Below are positions 27,301-38,095 of a DNA stretch of 64,000 bases, piece after piece (positions within the stretch are counted from its first letter, which is position 1; every line of letters begins with the position of its first letter). The DNA is from Neptunomonas sp. (GTDB taxonomy: Bacteria > Pseudomonadota > Gammaproteobacteria > Pseudomonadales > Balneatricaceae), in contig JBLWXO010000012.1 in NCBI GenBank assembly GCA_048267385.1, forward strand, positions 44,283 to 108,282, written 5' to 3'. The position numbers and the translations under genes were made by a program. The notes beneath the pieces are model-generated. The model saw only the letters and a list, made by a program, of their open reading frames with translations, had not been told where the DNA came from and did no database searches.

Positions 27301-29210
27301 CTGGCGAAAGCGTTATGAAAAACATCTTTCACTTCATCCAGAACTACCGGCTCTGCCCCTTGATATATCAAGGTAAAGTCGTGTATCCAGAAGGTCTTGC
27401 CATCATTACGTTGTACCGCATAAGGGTGCTCACCAACAACCTGCATCCCCAGATTCTCAAGTACAGGGATCACATCCGAGAGTATTAATGGCTGATTTGC
27501 AGTAAATAACTTGAAGCGTAATATATCCTGACTTTGCTCAAGTACACGATAGAAACTCATAGTCACAGATGTCTGGCTATTGAGTTCTTCGATACGCTGG
27601 ATATCAGAGGCAGCACTGGTGACTTTAAAGTGCTCCCGATATGCACTGTTAAAGGCGTTACGGTAGTTATTCTGTAGATAATTACCCTTCTCTTCACCGC
27701 AGGCATCCATCAGCGCATTGTGGAGTTCATCACCCCAGTCGCGTGAAATATTAATTACTTCAGACTCAAGGTCAGCCAGATCAACGTCAACTGGATTATC
27801 CGGATCCAGGCGCAAAACGAACTGCACCCTTGCGAGTATCGACTCACTAAAGGTAGTTGTGAACTCTACATCACTTGAAGCACATGCTTTTGCCAACAGC
27901 GCCTGAACCTTCATACGTAGCGCCGTATTAAAAATATCGCGCGGAACATAATAAAGAAAAGTAGCAAACTGATTACAACGATCCTGACGGTACAACAAGC
28001 GGATACGACGGCGATCATGTAAGCTGAATATGCCCATCGATAGTTCAAGCAGCTCATCTTCGGTGGAGAGCATCAGCTCATCACGCGGCAGATCATTCAT
28101 GATCTGCATCAGCTCTTTCCCATTGTGGCTGCGGCCATCAAAACCAGAACGCTTCTGTACTTTTTCAGCTTTACGCTGCATCACCGGAATAGTCGTGATG
28201 GATTCAGAGTACACAGGTGATGTATAGAGCCCGTAAAAACGACATTTTCCGCTTACATTTCCCTGCGCATCGAAACGCTTAATAATAACGCGATCCATGT
28301 AGGCCGGACGATGCACATGTGAATAATGAGCATCTTTAGCAAACATGATAACGCTAGGCTCAAGCAGGAATGCTTGCTCTGCTGCACGTAAGTCATCAAA
28401 AGCAGATGCTTTGAGTTTCTCGGATGATTTTTTTGATTTAAGTATACCCAGCTCACAGTCCGGAACCCGGCTAACCGTACCATCAATGATACTGATCTCG
28501 TCATAACCCAAAAAGGTAAAGCGGTTATTGAGCATCCAGTTAAGAAAAGCCGTTGCGTCTTTTTCTTGTTCTTCCTGATCTTTAGACAATGAATTGTGCG
28601 CTGATAACTCTTCGAGCAAAGCCTGCGCGCGTGCTTGCATGAGCGGAAAATCTTTTACAACAATATGTACTTGATTAAGTACTTGCTGCAAAGATTTTAG
28701 CATCGCTTTTAGTTCTGCTGCATCACTGGTGCGATCCACTTCAAGATAGATGAGCGCTTCAGCATGCGCATTCTCATCAGCGACATTACTTAACTGAAGT
28801 AACTTATCACCCTCCCGTTGTGTAAACAGAATCTCATTATGGATGGTGTGAATTACCAAACCGCGTCGATTCAACTCCATGCGAACCGAATCTACCAAGA
28901 ACGGCATATCCGATTGTAAAATTTCAATAACAGTATGCTGTGCCCGCCAGCCATGTTGCTCTAAATCAGGGTTGTAGACGTGTATTTTAGGCTGCTTTGC
29001 GTCATAGCTTTGCAGGAACTGCCAGCACGATAAGGTGGCTCCATACAAATTATCCAACGAACGCTCACTGAGCTCTTCTTTAGTCGTTGCTTGATAATAT
29101 TGATGTGCAAATTCAGTTACAGCACTCATGCTATCGGTCGGCAGTTTCGTATTAAATAAATCAACGAGGGGAGCCAGCAATGGATTGTTGTTGGATACTT
29201 GATCAGGCAT
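24381..29210 (-). CDS. gdhB: Large NAD-specific glutamate dehydrogenase
   Basis: 1609 aa; GGLRWSDR, VPVGAKGGF, VVAADKGTATFSD, GITARGAWES and NAGGVDCSDHEVN motifs. Confidence 0.95.
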   Translation of the reverse strand: MPDQVSNNNPLLAPLVDLFNTKLPTDSMSAVTEFAHQYYQATTKEELSERSLDNLYGATLSCWQFLQSYDAKQPKIHVYNPDLEQHGWRAQHTVIEILQSDMPFLVDSVRMELNRRGLVIHTIHNEILFTQREGDKLLQLSNVADENAHAEALIYLEVDRTSDAAELKAMLKSLQQVLNQVHIVVKDFPLMQARAQALLEELSAHNSLSKDQEEQEKDATAFLNWMLNNRFTFLGYDEISIIDGTVSRVPDCELGILKSKKSSEKLKASAFDDLRAAEQAFLLEPSVIMFAKDAHYSHVHRPAYMDRVIIKRFDAQGNVSGKCRFYGLYTSPVYSESITTIPVMQRKAEKVQKRSGFDGRSHNGKELMQIMNDLPRDELMLSTEDELLELSMGIFSLHDRRRIRLLYRQDRCNQFATFLYYVPRDIFNTALRMKVQALLAKACASSDVEFTTTFSESILARVQFVLRLDPDNPVDVDLADLESEVINISRDWGDELHNALMDACGEEKGNYLQNNYRNAFNSAYREHFKVTSAASDIQRIEELNSQTSVTMSFYRVLEQSQDILRFKLFTANQPLILSDVIPVLENLGMQVVGEHPYAVQRNDGKTFWIHDFTLIYQGAEPVVLDEVKDVFHNAFASIWSGYAENDEFNHLVIGANLSWREVSMLRAYARYSKQIRFGFSQPYIAGTLARHIQVTKLLVALFRARLEPNRQSSAKVAALADRIESSIIDALDKVANINEDQILRRFLELIKATLRTSFFKRDDKGELKDYFAFKLNPRKINGIPLPRPMFEVFVYSARVEGVHLRGGKVARGGLRWSDRLEDYRTEVLGLVKAQQVKNSVIVPVGAKGGFVAKKLPTNGDREAFMAEGIASYQIFISALLDITDNLVGGAVVPPVDVVRHDQDDPYFVVAADKGTATFSDIANKIAEERGFWLGDAFASGGSQGYDHKGMGITARGAWESVKLHFRELGLDTQTETFSVVGIGDMAGDVFGNGMLLSEKIQLCAAFNHMHIFIDPTPDAASSFVERQRLFVLPRSSWEDYNTALISAGGGLFSRAAKWIDISPEMKARFDISADRLSPNDLLTALLKAPVDLIWNGGIGTYVKASHETHADVGDKANDSLRINGNQLRCKVLGEGGNLGFTQQGRMEFGRNGGKSNTDFIDNAGGVDCSDHEVNIKILLNEVVANGDMTVKQRNALLREMTDEVGILVLQNNYKQAQAISVAHAHARRSMDEYIRLINRLESEGKLDREIEFIPADEELQARKAAGEGLTRPELAVLISYTKGELKEKLNVPSITQDAYLSRAIFTAFPQRLVKEFNQQIESHRLRGEIIATQVANGMVNSMGITFTERLCQISGASLADVAAAFVIARDVFDIDQLWTDIEALDNQVPSALQQQMMADLIRLIRRATYWFLRQQKSKMNVAAAVEQFRPGSKQISSQLADLLKGEPRARWKQKHDELVTAGVPTGLASVVAGADNLYSLLSIIQAADQTGQSIERVAQIHFTVGDRLDLHWFDHQIKEIEAYSHWESMSRDGFREDLTNHQQAITVNVLQTGAETEEGGLLVNQWLESRDSLMKRWQRLLSEIRSNAQPNFAIFAVAIRELQELAQAR

Positions 29211-29247
29211 GGTTATTTATTTTTTAACCCAGTTAGGATGATAGATT

Positions 29248-29282
29248 AGTTCTGTAACATCATTTTTAGGCGTTACAGAACT
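29248..29282. other. 11-bp inverted repeat between usp and gdh (hairpin or operator)
   Basis: AGTTCTGTAAC-N13-GTTACAGAACT. Confidence 0.5.
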
Positions 29283-29302
29283 TATTGTTTAAATCTTTTA
29301 AT

Positions 29303-29734
29303 TTAATCTTTAAGTAACAGAACAGAACATTTAGCGCGTTCCGCGACTCTGGCAGAAACAGAACCCAGTAAAAATTCATCAATTTTAGAGCGATGATGCG
29401 CCGGCATTATCACTAGATTAATCTCTTTAGAATCAATGTAATTAACAATCGTTTCTGCAGGAGATCCTTCGTATACACGCAAGGTAGGATGGACTTCCGT
29501 CGGCATCACTTTATGGGAATACTCCTGTAGTTTACGGGCAATCTCTTTTACCGCTTTAGTGTGATCCTTCTCACTAAAATAGGCCGCGACAAATGAGTTC
29601 GTGAAACCTGGAACAACGGTGAGCATATGCAGCTCAGCACCGTTTTCTTTTACTTCACGCAGTGCCAATGACAACGCCTGTTCTGCGAAAGCAGGTTCAT
29701 TCAGATCAATGGGGACGAGAACTTTTTTAAACAT
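29303..29734 (-). CDS. Universal stress protein, TRAP-associated
   Basis: KKVLVPID, G.PAETIV and LLGSVSARVAERAKCSVL motifs. Confidence 0.9.
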   Translation of the reverse strand: MFKKVLVPIDLNEPAFAEQALSLALREVKENGAELHMLTVVPGFTNSFVAAYFSEKDHTKAVKEIARKLQEYSHKVMPTEVHPTLRVYEGSPAETIVNYIDSKEINLVIMPAHHRSKIDEFLLGSVSARVAERAKCSVLLLKD

Positions 29735-29813
29735 CGCTCATACCTCTTGCAAGCCTGATAACCCAACTGAAAACAGGGCTATCAGGGTAATTTAATTGTC
29801 TACTCAGGAAAAG

Positions 29814-32456
29814 CTAGCTGGCATTTACTGGATTGCTCACCACTGCTGACGGCTTTTTACGGCGGCGTTGCAGCAAAACAATCAAGGCAAATATAGCCAG
29901 TGCCGGTAAGTAGACCCACTGCTTAGCAGGCTGAACTTGTGGCACATCTATGGCGGTAATGACCTGATCAAAAACCAATCCGGCTTTTTCTGCAGGGCTA
30001 TCAAAACCAACATAATCAACAATCGTTTTACCATTAGTGGTTAACAAGGCTAAACCGGCTGATTCGATTCTTGATGCTCCGTTTGTCCCCTCTCCCAATA
30101 GTACACTCGCCATAAAGGAGCGGTGGTTGCCCACATCGTCTTCGCCATCAACCCAAAGTCTTAATTCGCTACCGGCAACCATTGAGTCTGCGGCTTGCAC
30201 CAATTCGGTAGGCGAAATTTGCTTGTGAGGCGGGACCATTTGATCCATCCAAAACCCCGGACGGAAAAGAGAGAAAGCGATCAATATCAACACTACTGAC
30301 TCGTACCAACGATTACGCACGATAAAGAACCCTTGGGTAGCCGCTGTAAATATGAGTATGGCGATCGTGGCAATGATGAAGGTTTGAATCCCCTCTAACC
30401 AAGTAACATCGATCAGTAAAAGATCGGTGTTAAAAATGAACAAGAAAGGTAAAACCGCTGTACGCATACTGTAGTTGAAGGCCACAAATCCTGTGCGAAT
30501 CGGGTCACCACCCGATACTGCGGCTGCAGCGAACGAAGCCAAACCGACAGGCGGGGTTACATCAGCCATAATACCGAAGTAAAACACGAACAGATGAACC
30601 GCAATCAGCGGGACGATTAAGCCCGATTCTTGCCCCAGAGTAACAACGACCGGCGCCAATAATGATGAAACCACAATATAATTGGCCGTAGTAGGTAATC
30701 CCATACCCAGAATCAGACTCAAAATTGCCGTTAGTATCAACATCAGTAACAAGTGACCCATCGAGAGAATCTCAACCAAGTCAGCCAGTACAGAGCCTAC
30801 GCCTGTCTGCGATACCGCACCTACAATGATACCCGCGGTTGCCGTGGCTATACCAATACCGATCATGTTGCGAGCTCCGACGATCAGCCCATCAACCAGT
30901 TCGTTAGCACCTCTTTTCAGCTGTGTGGCTACCCCCCCTTGCTGGCGAAAAAATGCCATTAAAGGGCGTTGTGTAACGAGTATAAAGATCATCAACACGG
31001 TTGCCCAAAAAGCAGACAGCCCGGGAGATAAACGTTCAATCATCAAGCACCACACCAGTACAACCACCGGCAATAGAAAGTGCAGACCGGATTTAACTGT
31101 TGGCCCCACTTCAGGAAGCTGAATCATCGGAGAATCAGGATTCTCTTTTTTCAGATCAGGTACTGACGATGCATAACGCACTAAGTAGAGGTAAGTCACT
31201 GTTAATAATGCAGCAATCACCCATCCGGCATATTCACCAAAGGTAGGCTTAATCCATCCAATGCCGTAGTAAACAACAGCGGCGATTACAGCCGTCACCA
31301 TAAATCCCGTCAATAAACCAATCACACGCAGGTGCCAGGGCTTGATCGCGCCACGACGTGGCAAACCCTGCATATCTAACTTCAATGCTTCTAAATGAAC
31401 GATATATACCAGCGCAATATATGAGATGAGTGCTGGTAAGAAAGCATGTGTAATAACCTCTACATAAGAGATACCCACATATTCAACCATCAAGAATGCA
31501 GCTGCCCCCATGACTGGAGGCATAATCTGTCCATTAACAGAAGAGGCGACTTCAACGGCGCCTGCTTTTTCAGCAGAGAAACCAACACGTTTCATCATAG
31601 GAATGGTGAACGTACCGGTGGTTACCACATTGGCAATAGATGAACCTGATATTAGACCCGTTAAGCCAGAAGCAACAACTGCCGCTTTAGCAGGACCACC
31701 TCGCATGTGCCCTAATAATGAGAATGCTACCTGTATGAAGTAGTTACCCGCTCCTGCTTTATCCAACAAAGCGCCAAACAAAACAAACAGGAATACAAAA
31801 CCAGAAGACACTCCAAGCGCAATACCAAAAACGCCTTCAGTGGTTAGCCATTGGTGATTGATAAGCTCTTTAAGTGTAACGCCTTTGTGGGCAATGATAT
31901 CCGGCATATATGGGCCGGCTATAGAATAGGTCAAAAATACAATGGCCACGACCATCAAAGGTGGACCTAGAGTCCTTCGTGTGGCTTCCAGTAACAACAC
32001 AAGTCCAGCAACAGAGACCACTAAATCCTGCGTATTGGGAAGGCCGGGACGGCTAACGAGTTGCTCATAAAACAGGAATATGTATGAAGAACAAAAAGCA
32101 GCGACAACACTCAGAATCATATCGTTAAGTGGTACACGATGATGGGGTGAGTGAGCAAGCGCTGGATAGGCTGTAAACGCTAAAAAAGTAGCAAAACCCA
32201 AGTGAATAGCGCGAACTTCAGTATCGTTGAAAATACCAAAACTGCCCAAGAGCGGCCAGTCATAAAAAGGGAGGGGTGATGCTATCCATAGTTGAAAAAG
32301 TGACCAGATTAGCGCGGTGCCCAACAGCAGCTTGCCCTGCCAACCATGCGGGATACGTGCACCAGTATCACTGGCTGCAACCATATCCTGCAGTTCTTTT
32401 TCATCGAGTGCGGTTTGCGTGTTTTTATTTTGTTTGTTCAGATCCGTCATATTCAT
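29814..32456 (-). CDS. TRAP transporter fused 4TM/12TM permease (TAXI type)
   Basis: GGPAKAAVV, ANVVTTGTFTIP, GQIMPPVMGAAAF, GMGLPTTANY and TPPVGLA motifs. Confidence 0.93.
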   Translation of the reverse strand: MNMTDLNKQNKNTQTALDEKELQDMVAASDTGARIPHGWQGKLLLGTALIWSLFQLWIASPLPFYDWPLLGSFGIFNDTEVRAIHLGFATFLAFTAYPALAHSPHHRVPLNDMILSVVAAFCSSYIFLFYEQLVSRPGLPNTQDLVVSVAGLVLLLEATRRTLGPPLMVVAIVFLTYSIAGPYMPDIIAHKGVTLKELINHQWLTTEGVFGIALGVSSGFVFLFVLFGALLDKAGAGNYFIQVAFSLLGHMRGGPAKAAVVASGLTGLISGSSIANVVTTGTFTIPMMKRVGFSAEKAGAVEVASSVNGQIMPPVMGAAAFLMVEYVGISYVEVITHAFLPALISYIALVYIVHLEALKLDMQGLPRRGAIKPWHLRVIGLLTGFMVTAVIAAVVYYGIGWIKPTFGEYAGWVIAALLTVTYLYLVRYASSVPDLKKENPDSPMIQLPEVGPTVKSGLHFLLPVVVLVWCLMIERLSPGLSAFWATVLMIFILVTQRPLMAFFRQQGGVATQLKRGANELVDGLIVGARNMIGIGIATATAGIIVGAVSQTGVGSVLADLVEILSMGHLLLMLILTAILSLILGMGLPTTANYIVVSSLLAPVVVTLGQESGLIVPLIAVHLFVFYFGIMADVTPPVGLASFAAAAVSGGDPIRTGFVAFNYSMRTAVLPFLFIFNTDLLLIDVTWLEGIQTFIIATIAILIFTAATQGFFIVRNRWYESVVLILIAFSLFRPGFWMDQMVPPHKQISPTELVQAADSMVAGSELRLWVDGEDDVGNHRSFMASVLLGEGTNGASRIESAGLALLTTNGKTIVDYVGFDSPAEKAGLVFDQVITAIDVPQVQPAKQWVYLPALAIFALIVLLQRRRKKPSAVVSNPVNAS

Positions 32457-32524
32457 CTCCCAACATTGGAATCAGGAATAAGAAAGAAGGGATGCAGTAC
32501 ATCCCTTCTTTGGCTAGTCGTAAA

Positions 32525-33508
32525 TTACATCCAGCCTTTTTCTTTGTAGTAACGAATTGCGCCTTCATGTAAAGGTGCTGACAAACCGTTAGAAATCATC
32601 TCTTTAGGATCTAAATTAGCAAACGCCGGGTGCAGCTTTTTGAAACGATCAAAATTATCGAATACAGACTTAACTACCAGATAGACAGCATCAGCACTGA
32701 CGTTAGCAGATGTCACCATAGTCGCTGCGTTACCAAAAGTTTTTACGTCTTTTTCGGTACCCTCATACATACCGCCTTTAATGATTGCTGGCGCATAATA
32801 AGCATTTTCAGCGATAAGCGTATCAACAATTTCGCCCTCTACCGGGATCACTTTAGCTGCACATGACGTGGTAGCTTCTTTGATAGCTCCAGATGGATGG
32901 CCTACAGAGTAAATCATGACATCAATTTTGTTGTCACATAGCGCCTGAGCCTGCTCCGATGCTTTCAGTTCGGCTGCCAGCTTGAATGAATCATTTGTCC
33001 AGCCTTTTTTGCCCATCAGTACTTCCATCGTACCGCGAGTACCAGAACCTGGATTTTGTATGTTGACACGCTTTCCTGGTAAGTCATCGAATGACTCAAC
33101 ACCAGAGTCTGCACGCGCCACCACGGTGAAAGGCTCATTATGAACAGCAAACATAGCGCGTAAATCCGTAAATGCACCCTGCTCTACAAATGATTCATGG
33201 GTCGTACCTTGGAGCGCATAGTTTTGCCAGTCAGACTGTGCCAGCCCCATATCCTGCTGATTCTGACGAATTGCATTAATGTTAGCCACAGAGCCGCCAG
33301 TAGAGGGGGCAGTACATTTAACGCCGTGCTCATCTGTACCACGGTTAACCAGACGGCAGATAGACTGTCCAACTACATAATAAACACCCGTTTGACCGCC
33401 GGTACCAATAGTAACGTAAGTTTGTTCTGCCGCCGTTACGCTAAAAGAAGACGCTAGGCCAACAGCTGATGACAGCAAGGTAGTTGCAAGTTTATTTTTA
33501 AATGACAT
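32525..33508 (-). CDS. TAXI-family TRAP solute receptor
   Basis: Signal peptide; TIGTGGQTGVYY, STGGSVANI, QSDW and PLHEGA motifs. Start moved to 33508. Confidence 0.92.
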   Translation of the reverse strand: MSFKNKLATTLLSSAVGLASSFSVTAAEQTYVTIGTGGQTGVYYVVGQSICRLVNRGTDEHGVKCTAPSTGGSVANINAIRQNQQDMGLAQSDWQNYALQGTTHESFVEQGAFTDLRAMFAVHNEPFTVVARADSGVESFDDLPGKRVNIQNPGSGTRGTMEVLMGKKGWTNDSFKLAAELKASEQAQALCDNKIDVMIYSVGHPSGAIKEATTSCAAKVIPVEGEIVDTLIAENAYYAPAIIKGGMYEGTEKDVKTFGNAATMVTSANVSADAVYLVVKSVFDNFDRFKKLHPAFANLDPKEMISNGLSAPLHEGAIRYYKEKGWM

Positions 33509-33859
33509 GGTAAACCTTCTTATCGTTATATTCCCGTTAGGGAGGTGCATGAAGTAAGTGCGCGAAGTACATTTCAGCGATTGTTCGGGCTGAGCATTGA
33601 TAGGCAATTTACCTAACAATATGACTTCGTACTCCTGTCTTTAGGAGTTAATAACACGATACGAGAAACACTACAGATAAAAGACCGCCTACCATGCCAA
33701 TAATACCTCCTAGCGTGCCAGTATCGATAAATTAAGCACTTAGGCGCACTAAAAGTCAGCCAATACAGCTAAATATTCAATTTTTCATTGGAATTGAGAG
33801 AGCGGCCTGACAAAACCAGCCGCTCAAACTCTGTCAGATAATGGTTACTTGACGGGCAT

Positions 33860-34210
33860 TTACCACTCGCGCCATTGTTCGGTTAAATCTTCATCATAAT
33901 CATGGCCGGCATCCGTGATGATCAAGCTGATAAGCGCACAAAGATCTTCCCGTTGATGGGTTTCGAGTAGTTGGTGGTCATGCTTTTCATTCAACATATT
34001 GAGTGTTTTTACGAGCCGCTCAACCTGAGATGAGATCCAAGAGAAGTCTGTTTTATTTTCGCTGCCAGCGACAGAATTAATAAAAGCGGTCAGGATCTGG
34101 TCACACTCATCAACATCTTGCTTTTGATAAGCAGGCTCATCGTCATCTTCGATAAAGTCGTACATCCAGTGCAGCAGGTACTTCTTTTTCTCTTCTATTT
34201 GAGCGTTCAT
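33860..34210 (-). CDS. Acidic hypothetical protein (116 aa)
   Basis: Coding-like ORF ending DLTEQWREW, followed by a GAGCGGC/GCCGCTC hairpin at 33800-33825. Confidence 0.7.
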   Translation of the reverse strand: MNAQIEEKKKYLLHWMYDFIEDDDEPAYQKQDVDECDQILTAFINSVAGSENKTDFSWISSQVERLVKTLNMLNEKHDHQLLETHQREDLCALISLIITDAGHDYDEDLTEQWREW

Positions 34211-34293
34211 TTTTAACGTCTTCCTGCGATATGGATTAAGGAATTAAGTAGGCCGGATTAGTGTGAGTGATAAAGGAAAGCTCCGTCATTATA

Positions 34294-35163
34294 TCAGTCG
34301 AGCTGCTCACTCAAGAAGTCTACCAGAACCCTCACCTTCGGTGACAGGTGGCGATTATGTGGGTACAGCGCCCACACGCCTTCATCTGATGGCTGATAGC
34401 CTTCTAATAAAGCAATCAGTTCTCCGCTTTGAATATATTCCTGAACATAGTAGTCGGGCAATTGAACAACTCCCAGCCCTTTTAAGGCAGCATCCAATAA
34501 CGCTAAACCACTGTTATAACTGACACGGCCCTGTATTTTGATATTACGTTCCTGACGATTTTCCTGAAAACGCCAATATTCAAGCGTGCCCTGTAAGCAG
34601 TTGTGATGCTCCAGCTCCGATATAAGGTGAGGCTCACCATGCGTTGAAAGATACGCATGTGACGCGCAAACAAACAAGCGTCGTGATGAAAGACGCTTTG
34701 CCATCATGCTCGAGTCTTCAAGTTTCCCCAGGCGTATAGCCAAATCAAAACCATTTTCAATCAGATCAACCTTTTGATTGGTAAACTGACAGTACACTTC
34801 AAGATCAGAGTACTGACTTACAAAATCGTTAATTAAGGGAGCAATTTTGCTTTCACCGTAGGTGGTTGGTGCAGTAATTCTTAATTTACCTCGCGGTGTG
34901 CTTTGGAGGTTACTCAGGGCGCGCTCTGCATTTTCCAAACCATCCAGCACTTGGCGGCAGTGTTGATAGTATATTTCCCCCGCTTCCGTTACTGATACCT
35001 GGCGTGTAGTACGGTAAAACAGTTTAGTAGCCAGCCGGGTTTCCAGCGCACTGACTTGGCGACTCACTTGCGCAGTCGATATGCCGAGTTGCTTAGCGGC
35101 GGCCGTGAAGCTTTCTTTTTCCGCCACTGCAACAAATTCGGTAACTCCCTCCCAATTAAGCAT
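34294..35163 (-). CDS. LysR-family regulator divergent from frmA
   Basis: SFTAAAKQLG...VSRQVSALE...LFYRTTR HTH and GFDLAIR. Confidence 0.92.
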   Translation of the reverse strand: MLNWEGVTEFVAVAEKESFTAAAKQLGISTAQVSRQVSALETRLATKLFYRTTRQVSVTEAGEIYYQHCRQVLDGLENAERALSNLQSTPRGKLRITAPTTYGESKIAPLINDFVSQYSDLEVYCQFTNQKVDLIENGFDLAIRLGKLEDSSMMAKRLSSRRLFVCASHAYLSTHGEPHLISELEHHNCLQGTLEYWRFQENRQERNIKIQGRVSYNSGLALLDAALKGLGVVQLPDYYVQEYIQSGELIALLEGYQPSDEGVWALYPHNRHLSPKVRVLVDFLSEQLD

Positions 35164-35232
35164 CGGTACTTTTTGACATTGTTACTAACTCGTAAAAGTG
35201 ATTTGATAAAATGCTAGATTATATTTGATTGA

Positions 35233-36420
<1,188 letters not shown>

Positions 36421-36497
36421 TCGATTCAACGCCGCAGCCTTTTGTAACGCTTTTATATAAAAAATGAAACGACGCAAAAGGCCGCACGGAGTCCTGT

Positions 36498-37334
36498 ATG
36501 ACAATAGAAAACATAAGCCGTAATAAAAGCTTTGGTGGTTGGCATAAACAATACAGCCACTATTCAACCAGCTTAAATTGCCAGATGCGCTTCGCTATTT
36601 ACCTGCCCCCTCAAACACTAACAGGTGCCAAGGTGCCTGTACTGTATTGGCTGTCGGGACTCACCTGCAGCGACGAAAACTTTATGCAAAAAGCCGGTGC
36701 ACAGCGTATTGCTGCGGAACTGGGTATTGCCATCGTTGCACCGGATACCAGCCCGCGCGGTGACGATGTTGCTGATGACGATAGTTACGATCTGGGCAAA
36801 GGTGCAGGCTTTTATGTAAATGCCACACAAGCACCCTGGAAAAGTCATTATCAGATGTATGACTATATAGTGTCAGAACTACCCACGCTTATCGAAAAGA
36901 CGTTCCCGGTTACCCACCAACGTGCGATTTCCGGCCACTCGATGGGAGGACATGGCGCACTCACAATTGCCCTGCGTAATCCAGAACGATATTGCTCGGT
37001 TTCGGCATTCAGTCCCATTAGTAACCCAATAAACTGTCCGTGGGGCGAAAAAGCCTTTTCTGCTTATTTAGGGAAAGATAAGGAAGCATGGCGTCAACAC
37101 GATGCCAGTGAGCTAATACGCTCAGCTACGCAACACGTTCCCACGCTGGTTGACCAAGGTGAAGCGGATGACTTTCTGGCTACACAGTTAAAACCTGAGA
37201 CATTGGTCATTGCAAGCTTGGCAAGTAACTATCCGTTAGAGTTGCGCCACCATGAAGGCTATGATCACAGCTATTACTTTATTGCTAGTTTTATTGAAGA
37301 ACATCTGCGTTTTCATGCAAGTCATCTATCATAA
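36498..37334 (+). CDS. fghA: S-formylglutathione hydrolase
   Basis: WLSGLTC, GHSMGGHG and GYDHSYYF motifs. Confidence 0.95.
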   Translation: MTIENISRNKSFGGWHKQYSHYSTSLNCQMRFAIYLPPQTLTGAKVPVLYWLSGLTCSDENFMQKAGAQRIAAELGIAIVAPDTSPRGDDVADDDSYDLGKGAGFYVNATQAPWKSHYQMYDYIVSELPTLIEKTFPVTHQRAISGHSMGGHGALTIALRNPERYCSVSAFSPISNPINCPWGEKAFSAYLGKDKEAWRQHDASELIRSATQHVPTLVDQGEADDFLATQLKPETLVIASLASNYPLELRHHEGYDHSYYFIASFIEEHLRFHASHLS

Positions 37335-37404
37335 TTTCAATAAGTCAAAGCCATTAGCCCATGCTTTGTATGGGCATCCTTAACATTAGCAGCATTAAAT
37401 AGCT

Positions 37405-38028
37405 TTAACGAACGCTTTCTTTATCAATCGTTCTAAAGGTTAAACTAATCCTCGGCGCGTTTACTTTTTTAGTGGGTGGCACACGATGCAACCAATAAGT
37501 CTGCGTTGTTCCTTTCATGACCAGCAAGCTGCCATGCTGCAGAACAATAGAGAGTGTTTCTTTAGACTGCTTGTGTTTTAAGGAAAACTTGCGCTCTGCA
37601 CCTAAGCTTAGCGACGCGATGGCACCGTTACGCTTTAAGTCTTTTTCTGCGTCACAATGCCACGCCATGCCCTCACTGCCCGTCTGATATAAATTGAGTA
37701 AACATGAGTTAAACGTTTCTCCTGTCAGCTGTTCAATACGCGCCTTCAATTCCAATAACGTTATGGTCCATGGTAATGCTCGTCGACGGATCTTTGAGTA
37801 GGTGTATTCAAACGGGTGGTCAGCGTACCATGCCACTTTTCTCTGGGTAACAATATGTTTACCAAAAATGACAGCCTCATCATGTTTCCATTCAATATGT
37901 TCCAATAAGCAGCGAAAGTAATGACCTGCTTCTTCTGGAGGTATGACTGGCCCATAATAATTCACAACGCCATCTTTGGGTAAGCAGTTCATGGATGGAT
38001 CAATCAGAGCATCAAACAGGTCTGGCAT
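37405..38028 (-). CDS. AlkB-family 2OG-Fe(II) dioxygenase
   Basis: NSCLLNLY, WHCDAE, SLSLGAER, WLHRVP and RISLTFR motifs. Confidence 0.9.
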   Translation of the reverse strand: MPDLFDALIDPSMNCLPKDGVVNYYGPVIPPEEAGHYFRCLLEHIEWKHDEAVIFGKHIVTQRKVAWYADHPFEYTYSKIRRRALPWTITLLELKARIEQLTGETFNSCLLNLYQTGSEGMAWHCDAEKDLKRNGAIASLSLGAERKFSLKHKQSKETLSIVLQHGSLLVMKGTTQTYWLHRVPPTKKVNAPRISLTFRTIDKESVR

Positions 38029-38095
38029 GACATTCTCTTCATATTACTGCCTTCATAGGCAATTCATTAATCGCAATCAACTAATCACAGCCAAA

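Noticed and set aside
33690-33730. Two TGGCA motifs upstream of the TAXI gene as a sigma54 promoter
   Set aside because: Neither has the TTGC -12 element at the required spacing.
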